DNA of 64,000 nt from Eledone cirrhosa (lineage: Eukaryota): positions 160,766,001 to 160,830,000 of the forward strand of contig OZ024740.1 in NCBI GenBank assembly GCA_964016885.1. Direction: 5' to 3'. Below the pieces are notes generated by a model that worked only from the letters and a program-made list of their open reading frames with translations, was not told the origin of the DNA and did no database searches. Both the position numbers and the translations under genes were made by a program. Positions 1 to 11,467 of this stretch are shown in pieces. How positions within the stretch are numbered: position 1 is the stretch's first letter; each line of letters opens with the position of its first letter.

Positions 1-176
1 ATGTAGTTGGTGTTAGGAAGGGCATCCAGCTGTAAAATACACAGCTAAATTTACAGTCCTCACAGGAGCAAGGTGCAACATGGCCAACTCTGGCCACACT
101 TTCCTCCCAGTATGGACGACAACTCTAACCCATGCAAGCATGGAAAAATGGATGCTAAACGATGAAGATGAGGATG

Positions 177-178
<2 letters not shown>
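1..178 (+). mobile_element. 3' tail of RTE-LINE/SINE family (window-truncated)
   Basis: Contains gttggtgttaggaagggcatccagctgta...ctaacccatgcaagcatggaaa and a (GAT)n-like end, matching the 3' UTR of the LINE at 11075-11469. Confidence 0.8.
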
Positions 179-230
<52 letters not shown>

Positions 231-595
231 TACTCATGGTTTAGTAATAAAATTTTAACAATTTCTCAGTTCAAATACTGCTGTGGTCAAAGCATTTTCC
301 ATTCTAACAAGGGTTGGATGAGACATTTCTGATTCAGTGTTCTATGGCTGGATACCAATGACTACTTGCATCTTTTCTTTTTTAGAAATCTACTGATCTT
401 CACACATTGGGCTGTGTGAGATATCGTTTATGCAGGACATAAACAAACGTGACCTGTGTAGTCAATATGAAATTTAAAGTAAAGACATACAGTGTGAAAT
501 ACACACCCACACATCACACACACAAATATATATATCTATATAAATGTAAGTATGCATACATACACGCATATATACACACATATATATATATATAT

Positions 596-929
596 CAGTA
601 GGCACGTCTTAATCCACTATACCCCCTTCCATACACCTCTAGACAACCCTCCCACTTCTGTTCACACCACCCTTACACTGTAAAGTTATGTCAGTATCAC
701 AAAAACATCCAACCCACACTGTAGAGTGGTCATGTAGAAGTCATGACAAAAAGCGCCCAACACACACTGTAAATGTGGTTGGCATTGCATAGGGCATCCA
801 GCCATAGAAATCTAGCCAGAAAGAGTCCTATATGAGCAAGACAGTCACTTTATCCAACTTGCCTCAAATGGGACAACCCCCTCTAACCCATGCTACCATG
901 GAAAATGGTTGTTAAACGATGATGATGAT
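596..929 (+). mobile_element. Diverged RTE 3' UTR fragment
   Basis: Colinear with 11100-11469 (cagtaggca..., cacactgtaaa subrepeats, agggcatccagc, (GAT)n tail); flanked by (TA)n. Confidence 0.75.
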
Positions 930-1079
930 ATATATATATATATAATAATAAGGATTGATGGACCCAGCATATTTATCAATGCTAGTACCGGTTGTATCTC
1001 AGCGCACTCCATGGGCAATGTAAGATACATTCCCAGAGTATAGCCAGTTATTTGATGTAAAACGGGTGCCTATAAGGTT

Positions 1080-1189
1080 CCCGTACTCGAGTTTCTGCTG
1101 CACTAATGCAGCAGTAAGGTGCACTGCACCATCTGTCTGCATATATTGTGCAACAATGCACAAAAGGCTTATGCAGCTTCATTAGTGGG
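1080..1189 (-). ncRNA. Degenerate type I hammerhead ribozyme motif with long branched stem II
   Basis: Minus strand reads ccca-CTAATGA-a-GCTGCA...TGCAGC-a-GAAA-CTCGAG-TA-cggg. Palindromic stem III; G5 changed to A, so probably inactive. Confidence 0.5.
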
Positions 1190-1200
1190 TATTGCCTAAT

Positions 1201-1258
<58 letters not shown>

Positions 1259-1492
1259 TATATATATATATAAGAGATGGCAACATGAATGGACCTGTTA
1301 TTTTTCTCTTAAAACATTTTTTTCCAATTCCATTCTACCCGTCCCTTCAAACTTTCTAATTTCTTATTCTTTATTTGATGGATTAGCGTCTGAAACGTTA
1401 CGACCTTCTTCCTGCTATTTAAAGCTTTAACCTTCCATATACTCTACCGATTGTGTTGTTATTTCTGTTTACCCTTTACATATATATATATG

Positions 1493-2373
1493 CAAGGTGT
1501 ATCAGAAAAGTTCCAGGACTGATGTCACAAAAGATTTATTTCAAACCCATACTTCACACTAAGAGTTTTCTCCTTCAAAGTAATCCCACTGGAGTAAGTA
1601 ACTGTACTCTTAGCTCTCTGCAGCGATCAAACTTTTTTCTTCTTAATTTTATATACATGTCCTCTGTTTCAGGTCGTCAAGCAATGAGCACAGAGCAATG
1701 AACAAACTTGAAAACTGGGATTGCTGCAGCAAGTGTATGGAGATGAGACGATGTCATGCTCACATGGTTTTGAGTGGTGCAAGAGGTTTAAAGAAGGACG
1801 CGAGGATGTGGAAGATGACCCCAGGAGCGGAAGGCCCTCAAGAACCAGGACTGAGGTCAACGTTGAGCGCATCAGGCAGATGGTGCATAGTGATTGTCGG
1901 CTGACTGTTCGACTAATGGAAAATGAGCTGGGCATGAATCGGGACAGCGTCTGGAAGATTCTCACTGAAGATTTGGACATGCGGAAAGTCTGCACGAAGA
2001 TGGTGCCAAAACTGCTGAACGATGACCAGAAGGGTCGACGTATGCAAGTATGCCAGGACATCCTCGAGCATCTTGAAACCGAACCAGACTTGCTAGGGAC
2101 AGTCATCACCAGTGATGAATCATGGATCTTCGAGTACGACCTGGAGGAGACCCGTTTTGAAGACGTGGACAACATCGAAAAGGCCGTAACGACGGAACTG
2201 CAGAGGATCCCGGCAGAATCCTTCCAGGAGTGCATGCAAGCATGGCAGAAAAGGATGGAAAAGTGCATTAGACTCCAGGGGGATTACTTTGAAGGAGAAA
2301 ACTCTTAGTGTGAAGTTTGGGTTTGAAATAAATCTTTTGTGACATCAGTCCTGGAACTTTTCTGACACACCTC

Positions 2374-2374
<1 letters not shown>
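1493..2374 (+). mobile_element. Mariner (Tc1/mariner) DNA transposon, internally deleted, 103-bp terminal inverted repeats
   Basis: TIRs 1493-1595 and 2272-2374 are near-perfect reverse complements (c[a/g]aggtgt[a/g]tcagaaaagttccaggact...). Right end is followed by TA. Contains a transposase remnant. Confidence 0.92.
1721..2308 (+). pseudogene. Mariner transposase remnant: HTH DNA-binding region kept, catalytic core deleted in frame
   Basis: Motifs W..RFK.G..VEDDPRSGRP, MVPKLL (WVPHEL-like), ITSDESW (first catalytic D), then a jump to RFEDV...GDYFEG. The second and third D and YSPDL are missing. An upstream MSTEQ start is interrupted by a stop. Confidence 0.9.
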
Positions 2375-2403
<29 letters not shown>

Positions 2404-2405
<2 letters not shown>

Positions 2406-2698
2406 CTACATTTTCTGTTTCTATTAAGTGCTAAATACGTTTAGGTTTTTGGACGTATTTAACTGAACAAATTTTGTATTTTTGTTAATCGCTTGTTAAA
2501 TGCATAGACCCATCTCAATCATTACCTTCTTGCTAGCTATTTTCAAACCTTAATTCCTAACGTATTTTCAAACCCCAATCCCTAATTCTAGCGTATCTTC
2601 AAAACAAAAAAGCAAAATCCTTTCCTTCTTCCTTCTTCGAAGGCACGGGGCGGTCAAACGCCTAACACCCACAGCCATCATGTGGCCCCCTACCCTCG

Positions 2699-2734
<36 letters not shown>

Positions 2735-3210
2735 ATAAATATATGATAGGAATTCACTTCGCCAAATTTCATTTCTTTGCCTGCTGTCCAAACGAAACTC
2801 TCATGTAAACGTAATGTACAGACTTCATCTCTCTCTCTCTCTCTCTCCTAGCGTATTTTCAAAACAATCCACATTTCGTATTTCAAGTCCAAATAGCCAT
2901 TCTATCGCTAAAACAAACTACATTTTCTGTTTCTATTAAGTGCTAAATACGTTTAGGTTTTTGGACGTATTTAACTGAACAAATTTTGTATTTTTGTTAA
3001 TCGCTTGTTAAATGCATAGACCCATCTCAATCATTACCTTCTTGCTAGCTATTTTCAAACCTTAATTCCTAACGTATTTTCAAACCCCAATCCCTAATTC
3101 TAGCGTATCTTCAAAACAAAAAAGCAAAATCCTTTCCTTCTTCCTTCTTCGAAGGCACGGGGCGGTCAAACGCCTAACACCCACAGCCATCATGTGGCCC
3201 CCTACCCTCG

Positions 3211-3246
<36 letters not shown>

Positions 3247-3720
3247 ATAAATATATGATAGGAATTCACTTCGCCAAATTTCATTTCTTTGCCTGCTGTC
3301 CAAACGAAACTCTCATGTAAACGTAATGTACAGACTTCATCTCTCTCTCTCTCTCTCCTAGCGTATTTTCAAAACAATCCACATTTCGTATTTCAAGTCC
3401 AAATAGCCATTCTATCGCTAAAACAAACTACATTTTCTGTTTCTATTAAGTGCTAAATACGTTTAGGTTTTTGGACGTATTTAACTGAACAAATTTTGTA
3501 TTTTTGTTAATCGCTTGTTAAATGCATAGACCCATCTCAATCATTACCTTCTTGCTAGCTATTTTCAAACCTTAATTCCTAACGTATTTTCAAACCCCAA
3601 TCCCTAATTCTAGCGTATCTTCAAAACAAAAAAGCAAAATCCTTTCCTTCTTCCTTCTTCGAAGGCACGGGGCGGTCAAACGCCTAACACCCACAGCCAT
3701 CATGTGGCCCCCTAACCTCG

Positions 3721-3760
<40 letters not shown>

Positions 3761-4234
3761 ATAAATATATGATAGGAATTCACTTCGCCAAATTTCATTT
3801 CTTTGCCTGCTGTCCAAACGAAACTCTCATGTAAACGTAATGTACAGACTTCATCTCTCTCTCTCTCTCTCCTAGCGTATTTTCAAAACAATCCACATTT
3901 CGTATTTCAAGTCCAAATAGCCATTCTATCGCTAAAACAAACTACATTTTCTGTTTCTATTAAGTGCTAAATACGTTTAGGTTTTTGGACGTATTTAACT
4001 GAACAAATTTTGTATTTTTGTTAATCGCTTGTTAAATGCATAGACCCATCTCAATCATTACCTTCTTGCTAGCTATTTTCAAACCTTAATTCCTAACGTA
4101 TTTTCAAACCCCAATCCCTAATTCTAGCGTATCTTCAAAACAAAAAAGCAAAATCCTTTCCTTCTTCCTTCTTCGAAGGCACGGGGCGGTCAAACGCCTA
4201 ACACCCACAGCCATCATGTGGCCCCCTAACCTCG

Positions 4235-4274
<40 letters not shown>

Positions 4275-4748
4275 ATAAATATATGATAGGAATTCACTTC
4301 GCCAAATTTCATTTCTTTGCCTGCTGTCCAAACGAAACTCTCATGTAAACGTAATGTACAGACTTCATCTCTCTCTCTCTCTCTCCTAGCGTATTTTCAA
4401 AACAATCCACATTTCGTATTTCAAGTCCAAATAGCCATTCTATCGCTAAAACAAACTACATTTTCTGTTTCTATTAAGTGCTAAATACGTTTAGGTTTTT
4501 GGACGTATTTAACTGAACAAATTTTGTATTTTTGTTAATCGCTTGTTAAATGCATAGACCCATCTCAATCATTACCTTCTTGCTAGCTATTTTCAAACCT
4601 TAATTCCTAACGTATTTTCAAACCCCAATCCCTAATTCTAGCGTATCTTCAAAACAAAAAAGCAAAATCCTTTCCTTCTTCCTTCTTCGAAGGCACGGGG
4701 CGGTCAAACGCCTAACACCCACAGCCATCATGTGGCCCCCTACCCTCG

Positions 4749-4784
<36 letters not shown>

Positions 4785-5260
4785 ATAAATATATGATAGG
4801 AATTCACTTCGCCAAATTTCATTTCTTTGCCTGCTGTCCAAACGAAACTCTCATGTAAACGTAATGTACAGACTTCATCTCTCTCTCTCTCTCTCTCCTA
4901 GCGTATTTTCAAAACAATCCACATTTCGTATTTCAAGTCCAAATAGCCATTCTATCGCTAAAACAAACTACATTTTCTGTTTCTATTAAGTGCTAAATAC
5001 GTTTAGGTTTTTGGACGTATTTAACTGAACAAATTTTGTATTTTTGTTAATCGCTTGTTAAATGCATAGACCCATCTCAATCATTACCTTCTTGCTAGCT
5101 ATTTTCAAACCTTAATTCCTAACGTATTTTCAAACCCCAATCCCTAATTCTAGCGTATCTTCAAAACAAAAAAGCAAAATCCTTTCCTTCTTCCTTCTTC
5201 GAAGGCACGGGGCGGTCAAACGCCTAACACCCACAGCCATCATGTGGCCCCCTACCCTCG

Positions 5261-5296
<36 letters not shown>

Positions 5297-5770
5297 ATAA
5301 ATATATGATAGGAATTCACTTCGCCAAATTTCATTTCTTTGCCTGCTGTCCAAACGAAACTCTCATGTAAACGTAATGTACAGACTTCATCTCTCTCTCT
5401 CTCTCTCCTAGCGTATTTTCAAAACAATCCACATTTCGTATTTCAAGTCCAAATAGCCATTCTATCGCTAAAACAAACTACATTTTCTGTTTCTATTAAG
5501 TGCTAAATACGTTTAGGTTTTTGGACGTATTTAACTGAACAAATTTTGTATTTTTGTTAATCGCTTGTTAAATGCATAGACCCATCTCAATCATTACCTT
5601 CTTGCTAGCTATTTTCAAACCTTAATTCCTAACGTATTTTCAAACCCCAATCCCTAATTCTAGCGTATCTTCAAAACAAAAAAGCAAAATCCTTTCCTTC
5701 TTCCTTCTTCGAAGGCACGGGGCGGTCAAACGCCTAACACCCACAGCCATCATGTGGCCCCCTAACCTCG

Positions 5771-5814
<44 letters not shown>

Positions 5815-6288
5815 ATAAATATATGATAGGAATTCACTTCGCCAAATTTCATTTCTTTGCCTGCTGTCCAAACGAAACTCTCATGTAAACGTAATGTACA
5901 GACTTCATCTCTCTCTCTCTCTCTCCTAGCGTATTTTCAAAACAATCCACATTTCGTATTTCAAGTCCAAATAGCCATTCTATCGCTAAAACAAACTACA
6001 TTTTCTGTTTCTATTAAGTGCTAAATACGTTTAGGTTTTTGGACGTATTTAACTGAACAAATTTTGTATTTTTGTTAATCGCTTGTTAAATGCATAGACC
6101 CATCTCAATCATTACCTTCTTGCTAGCTATTTTCAAACCTTAATTCCTAACGTATTTTCAAACCCCAATCCCTAATTCTAGCGTATCTTCAAAACAAAAA
6201 AGCAAAATCCTTTCCTTCTTCCTTCTTCGAAGGCACGGGGCGGTCAAACGCCTAACACCCACAGCCATCATGTGGCCCCCTAACCTCG

Positions 6289-6328
<40 letters not shown>

Positions 6329-6802
6329 ATAAATATATGATAGGAATTCACTTCGCCAAATTTCATTTCTTTGCCTGCTGTCCAAACGAAACTCTCATGT
6401 AAACGTAATGTACAGACTTCATCTCTCTCTCTCTCTCTCCTAGCGTATTTTCAAAACAATCCACATTTCGTATTTCAAGTCCAAATAGCCATTCTATCGC
6501 TAAAACAAACTACATTTTCTGTTTCTATTAAGTGCTAAATACGTTTAGGTTTTTGGACGTATTTAACTGAACAAATTTTGTATTTTTGTTAATCGCTTGT
6601 TAAATGCATAGACCCATCTCAATCATTACCTTCTTGCTAGCTATTTTCAAACCTTAATTCCTAACGTATTTTCAAACCCCAATCCCTAATTCTAGCGTAT
6701 CTTCAAAACAAAAAAGCAAAATCCTTTCCTTCTTCCTTCTTCGAAGGCACGGGGCGGTCAAACGCCTAACACCCACAGCCATCATGTGGCCCCCTAACCT
6801 CG

Positions 6803-6842
<40 letters not shown>

Positions 6843-7316
6843 ATAAATATATGATAGGAATTCACTTCGCCAAATTTCATTTCTTTGCCTGCTGTCCAAA
6901 CGAAACTCTCATGTAAACGTAATGTACAGACTTCATCTCTCTCTCTCTCTCTCCTAGCGTATTTTCAAAACAATCCACATTTCGTATTTCAAGTCCAAAT
7001 AGCCATTCTATCGCTAAAACAAACTACATTTTCTGTTTCTATTAAGTGCTAAATACGTTTAGGTTTTTGGACGTATTTAACTGAACAAATTTTGTATTTT
7101 TGTTAATCGCTTGTTAAATGCATAGACCCATCTCAATCATTACCTTCTTGCTAGCTATTTTCAAACCTTAATTCCTAACGTATTTTCAAACCCCAATCCC
7201 TAATTCTAGCGTATCTTCAAAACAAAAAAGCAAAATCCTTTCCTTCTTCCTTCTTCGAAGGCACGGGGCGGTCAAACGCCTAACACCCACAGCCATCATG
7301 TGGCCCCCTAACCTCG

Positions 7317-7358
<42 letters not shown>

Positions 7359-7673
7359 ATAAATATATGATAGGAATTCACTTCGCCAAATTTCATTTCT
7401 TTGCCTGCTGTCCAAACGAAACTCTCATGTAAACGTAATGTACAGACTTCATCTCTCTCTCTCTCTCTCCTAGCGTATTTTCAAAACAATCCACATTTCG
7501 TATTTCAAGTCCAAATAGCCATTCTATCGCTAAAACAAACTACATTTTCTGTTTCTATTAAGTGCTAAATACGTTTAGGTTTTTGGACGTATTTAACTGA
7601 ACAAATTTTGTATTTTTGTTAATCGCTTGTTAAATGCATAGACCCATCTCAATCATTACCTTCTTGCTAGCTA
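2404..7673 (+). repeat. Tandem array of ~10.3 near-identical 510-518 bp monomers
   Basis: Unit starts (aactacattttctg) at 2404, 2916, 3426, 3940, 4454, 4966, 5476, 5994, 6508, 7022, 7538. The only differences I saw are (CT)n lengths and one C/A site. The last partial unit runs into the LINE ORF. Confidence 0.98.
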
Positions 7674-10600
7674 CCCAACACCCCTCCCTCCCACCCCCAC
7701 ACACCACCATTGCTATTACGTGGACCAATCATAAAACAGAGCCCCCACGTATCACCAGTATTATTACGCGGACCAATCAGAAACCAGAGGCCTATACTAT
7801 CGCTTGCCTGGTTGCCTTTCGATATACGATATATGATGGATGGATGGACTGCGGAATCCTGGAGAGTGGAGGTGAGAGAGAAAAATCTGGACGCTCAGCG
7901 ACAATGCCAAAGATAAAGACAAATTCACCCCTTGGACGAGAATGCGAGCACTCCTCATTGTTTCGACCGCGGACGGCTAACATAACCCCATCGCCCCCCG
8001 CCCCTCACCGCCCCCAACCCCCAAACGCAATCCAAAACTTCAGAGTTGGTACCATAAATGTAGGCACCCTAAAGGGTCGCGCTAACGAGGTTGTAGAAAT
8101 GCTTGAACGTAAGGAGGTCGATGTTTGTTGTATTCAAGAGACCAGGTGGAGGGGTGGGTCTGCTAGGTTCATTGAGGGTAAAAAACGTTGTTATAAGCTT
8201 TTCTGGGTGGGAAACGACGATGGGCTGGGTGGAGTAGGAATCATGGTAGCAGAAAAGTGGGCAGATAAGATAATAGACGTAAATAGAGTGAACGACAGAA
8301 TAATTAAAATACGACTTGTCCCCAATAGAACTACGGTGACAGTAATATCTGCGTACGCACCCCAATCCGGACTGCCCGGCACTATAAAAGACAGATTCTA
8401 TGAGACACTGATGCTAACTACCTCCCAAATATCCGACAGTGACTATATAATTATCGCAGGCGACCTAAATGGTCACGTTGGACAACATTGTGACGGCTAC
8501 GACGAAATCCATGGAGGCTATGGGTTTGGTACTAGAAATGAGGAAGGCTCCAGAATCCTGGAATTCTGTGATGCAAATAACCTAACTATCTGTAACACTA
8601 ACTTCAAAAAACGTGACAATCACCTGATCACCTATAGATCCGGGGAACACACAAGCCAGGTAGATTATATCCTTACCAGAAGACGTGACAGAGTGTCTGT
8701 TGTTAACACTAAATCCCTCCCCCATGAAGAATGCACCTCCCAACATAGACTGATAATTAGCGACCTCATAGTCAGGACGAGACGTACTCGACAACAGAAG
8801 AGGACTATCCTCAGGAGGAAAATATGGAAGCTAAAGGACCCCACAGCCAGGAATAAATTTCAAAGCATATTACTTGATGCTTTCGACAGTAAGGAAGAAC
8901 ATTTAGAGTCGGACAATATAGAGGGAGAGTGGGAATTTCTGAAAGCAAACCTGCTGTTGGCGACAGACGAGGTCTGTGGCTGGAGCAGGCCTGTAGGCAG
9001 GAGGAGAGTAACATGGTGGTGGAACAGTAAGGTGGAGGGGTCAATTAAGGCCAAAAAGCAGGCTTGGAAAGTATGGCGGGATGGGGGAAGTAGAGAGGAC
9101 TATCAAGTGGCCAGGAGGGAAGCTAGGAGACAAGTGTACTTAGCAAGAAGGGAAGCTGAGGAAAGAAAGTTCAAGCATGTTCTACAACGCGATGACCAAA
9201 AACGTGAGGTGTTCAGGATTGCTAGGCAATGCGTCAAGGAAAACCGTGATATTGTCGGGGAGAAGTGTGTACTAAACGACGATGGCACACTTGCCATCAC
9301 CGACGCTGATAAGAAGGTAGCTTGGAAGTGTCACTATGAAAGGCTTCTAAATGAGGAGAATAATTGGGAGAAAGGCAGTCTCCCCCATATCGACCCAATA
9401 GAGGGACCAGCAGTGTTAGTCGAGGGGAGTATAATAAGTAAGGCAATCAAGGATATGAAGACTGGTAAGGCGGCTGGGCCTTCGGAAATAGTTGCTGAGA
9501 TGCTGAAGGCATCTGGCACGGTGGGACACACCATGGTCACCCGCATAGTTAACCAAGTCGTACAAAACGGGGTTGTTCCGAAGGACTGGCATAGCAGCAT
9601 CATCGTTAACTGTTATAAGGGTAAAGGAGACGCCCTAGATAGGAGTAACCATAGAGGCATTAAATTAATCGACCAGGTCATGAAGGTCACGGAAAGAGTA
9701 ATAGCGCAACTAATCAGAGAGAGAATTGACCTAGATGAAATGCAGTTCGGGTTTGTGTCAGGCAAAAGTACCACAGACGCTCTTTTCATAGTACGACAAC
9801 TACAAGAGAAGTACCTAGCTAAAGGTAAACCCCTCTACTTAGCTTTTGTCGACTTGGAGAAAGCCTTCGACAGAGTCCCCCGCTCCATTATCTGGTGGGC
9901 TCTTAGAAAACTAGGCGTTGGCGAATGGCTTGTGAGGGCTATACAAGCCATGTATAAAGAAACAGTCAGCAAGGTTAGAATTAACAACGAATATAGTGAA
10001 GAGTTTAGCGTAAAAGTCGGCGTCCATCAGGGCTCTGTTCTCAGTCCACTACTATTTATTATTGCCCTTCAGGCCATAACAGAGGAGTTCAAGACAGGCT
10101 GCCCATGGGAACTCCTATACGCAGACGACCTGACACTCATAGCGGAATCAATGGCCGAGCTAGAGAAGAAATTCCAAACATGGAAGCACGGCCTAGAGTC
10201 AAAAGGACTTAAAATTAACCTGGCTAAGACCAAAGTACTAGTTTGTAGGAAAGAAAACAAGGCGGCGGTCCCTTCTGGGAAATGGTCGTGCTCGGTGTGT
10301 AGGAAAGGCGTAGGTAGAAACTCCATTTTATGTCCTAAATGCAAAGTATGGGTGCATAAAAGATGTAGTGGGATCACAGGTAGGCTAACTAAGAACATAG
10401 ATTTTACATGTGGCCGGTGCTCTGGTGCAATAAGTAGCAGCAAGTGCCCACAAACTACTAGCTCTTTCAATTGCGCAGAGGGTTCTATAGAAATAGTGGA
10501 CAGCTTCCGTTACCTGGGCGATAAAATCAGCAGTGGGGGAGGGTGCTCTGAAAGTACTGTAGCTAGAGTCAGAACTGGTTGGAAAAAGTTCAGAGAGCTT

Positions 10601-11074
10601 ATACCACTATTAGCTGCTAAAGGGTTCTCACTAAAAATGAAAGGCAGGTTGTACGATGCCTGCATACGAACAGCAATGCTGCATGGCAGTGAGACCTGGG
10701 CATTGTGTGCAGAGGATATACGCAGACTAGAGAGGAACGAAGCTTGCATGCTCCGCTGGATGTGTAACAGTAATATACGTGAACGGCAAAGCATAAACGA
10801 ACTAAGGAATAAATTAGAGATAAGAGGGATCAGATGTTGTTTACTCGAGAGAAGGCTACGTTGGTATGGACACGTGATGCGCATGAAAGTCGATAGCTGT
10901 ATAACAAAGTGCAGGGCAATAAAGATAGACGGTAGTCACGGAATAGGCAGACCTAGAAAAACCTGGGACGAGCTGATAAACTCCGACATCACACACTTAC
11001 ACCTCTCCAAGACAATGTCACTGGACCGAGACCTTTGGCGGTACTCAGTAACAGAGAAGACCCGCCTTACCTAA
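7634..11074 (+). CDS. RTE-clade LINE polyprotein: AP-endonuclease + reverse transcriptase with embedded PHD finger
   Basis: 1146 aa open. APE motifs GTINV, CIQETRW, SAYAPQ, GDLNGH, QVDYIL, SQHRL. RT motifs FVDLEKAFDRV, GVHQGSVLSP, YADD, YLG. RTE-type C-terminus RRLRWYGHVMR, GRPRKTW. The real start may be ATG 7844 or 7904. Confidence 0.97.
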   Translation: MHRPISIITFLLATQHPSLPPPHTTIAITWTNHKTEPPRITSIITRTNQKPEAYTIACLVAFRYTIYDGWMDCGILESGGEREKSGRSATMPKIKTNSPLGRECEHSSLFRPRTANITPSPPAPHRPQPPNAIQNFRVGTINVGTLKGRANEVVEMLERKEVDVCCIQETRWRGGSARFIEGKKRCYKLFWVGNDDGLGGVGIMVAEKWADKIIDVNRVNDRIIKIRLVPNRTTVTVISAYAPQSGLPGTIKDRFYETLMLTTSQISDSDYIIIAGDLNGHVGQHCDGYDEIHGGYGFGTRNEEGSRILEFCDANNLTICNTNFKKRDNHLITYRSGEHTSQVDYILTRRRDRVSVVNTKSLPHEECTSQHRLIISDLIVRTRRTRQQKRTILRRKIWKLKDPTARNKFQSILLDAFDSKEEHLESDNIEGEWEFLKANLLLATDEVCGWSRPVGRRRVTWWWNSKVEGSIKAKKQAWKVWRDGGSREDYQVARREARRQVYLARREAEERKFKHVLQRDDQKREVFRIARQCVKENRDIVGEKCVLNDDGTLAITDADKKVAWKCHYERLLNEENNWEKGSLPHIDPIEGPAVLVEGSIISKAIKDMKTGKAAGPSEIVAEMLKASGTVGHTMVTRIVNQVVQNGVVPKDWHSSIIVNCYKGKGDALDRSNHRGIKLIDQVMKVTERVIAQLIRERIDLDEMQFGFVSGKSTTDALFIVRQLQEKYLAKGKPLYLAFVDLEKAFDRVPRSIIWWALRKLGVGEWLVRAIQAMYKETVSKVRINNEYSEEFSVKVGVHQGSVLSPLLFIIALQAITEEFKTGCPWELLYADDLTLIAESMAELEKKFQTWKHGLESKGLKINLAKTKVLVCRKENKAAVPSGKWSCSVCRKGVGRNSILCPKCKVWVHKRCSGITGRLTKNIDFTCGRCSGAISSSKCPQTTSSFNCAEGSIEIVDSFRYLGDKISSGGGCSESTVARVRTGWKKFRELIPLLAAKGFSLKMKGRLYDACIRTAMLHGSETWALCAEDIRRLERNEACMLRWMCNSNIRERQSINELRNKLEIRGIRCCLLERRLRWYGHVMRMKVDSCITKCRAIKIDGSHGIGRPRKTWDELINSDITHLHLSKTMSLDRDLWRYSVTEKTRLT
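7705..7800 (+). promoter_or_regulatory. Two 48-bp direct repeats, each with a CCAAT box
   Basis: tattacgtggaCCAATcataaaacagag and tattacgcggaCCAATcagaaaccagag (CCAAT at 7725 and 7773). Promoter role is inferred. Confidence 0.45.
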
Positions 11075-11467
11075 ATATATAGTAAAACCTACTCCACCCA
11101 GTAGGCATCTCTAACAAATACACCCCGTCCCACCACCCCCACCCGATCCACACCACCCCGTTCTATGTAAAGTTATGTTGGTGCCGCGCCATCGAGGCCG
11201 AAACAAATGAGATCGTGTAGGTGTCACGACAAAAAAACACACAGTCCACGCTGTAATGTGGCCGTGTAGGCAACACGGTAAAAACCTCCCAGACCCACAC
11301 TGTAAATGTGGTTGGTGTTAGGAAGGGCATCCAACTGTAGAAAACCTGCCAGACAGTCCTATGCGAGCAAGACAATCACTCTTGCCTCAAGTGGGACTAC
11401 CCCCGTCCAAACCCATGCAAGCGTGGAACACGGACGTTAAACGTTGATGATGATGATGATGATGATG

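Noticed and set aside
2642-2692. HDV-like ribozyme in the GC-rich core of the monomer (RTEs can carry these)
   Set aside because: Local hairpins exist (ccaca/tgtgg, ggcg/cgcc), but I could not fit the nested double pseudoknot or L3 consensus. An Infernal search would settle it.
3590-6899. Repeated 75-aa minus-strand ORFs in the monomer array
   Set aside because: Open only when the (CT)n length happens to keep frame, with no recognisable domain.
2404-7673. CRISPR-like or spacer-containing array
   Set aside because: The units are wholly identical with no variable spacers, there are no cas genes, and the context is eukaryotic.
8069-10884. Antisense ORFs within the RTE (also 41291-43490)
   Set aside because: Shadow frames of the real ORF.
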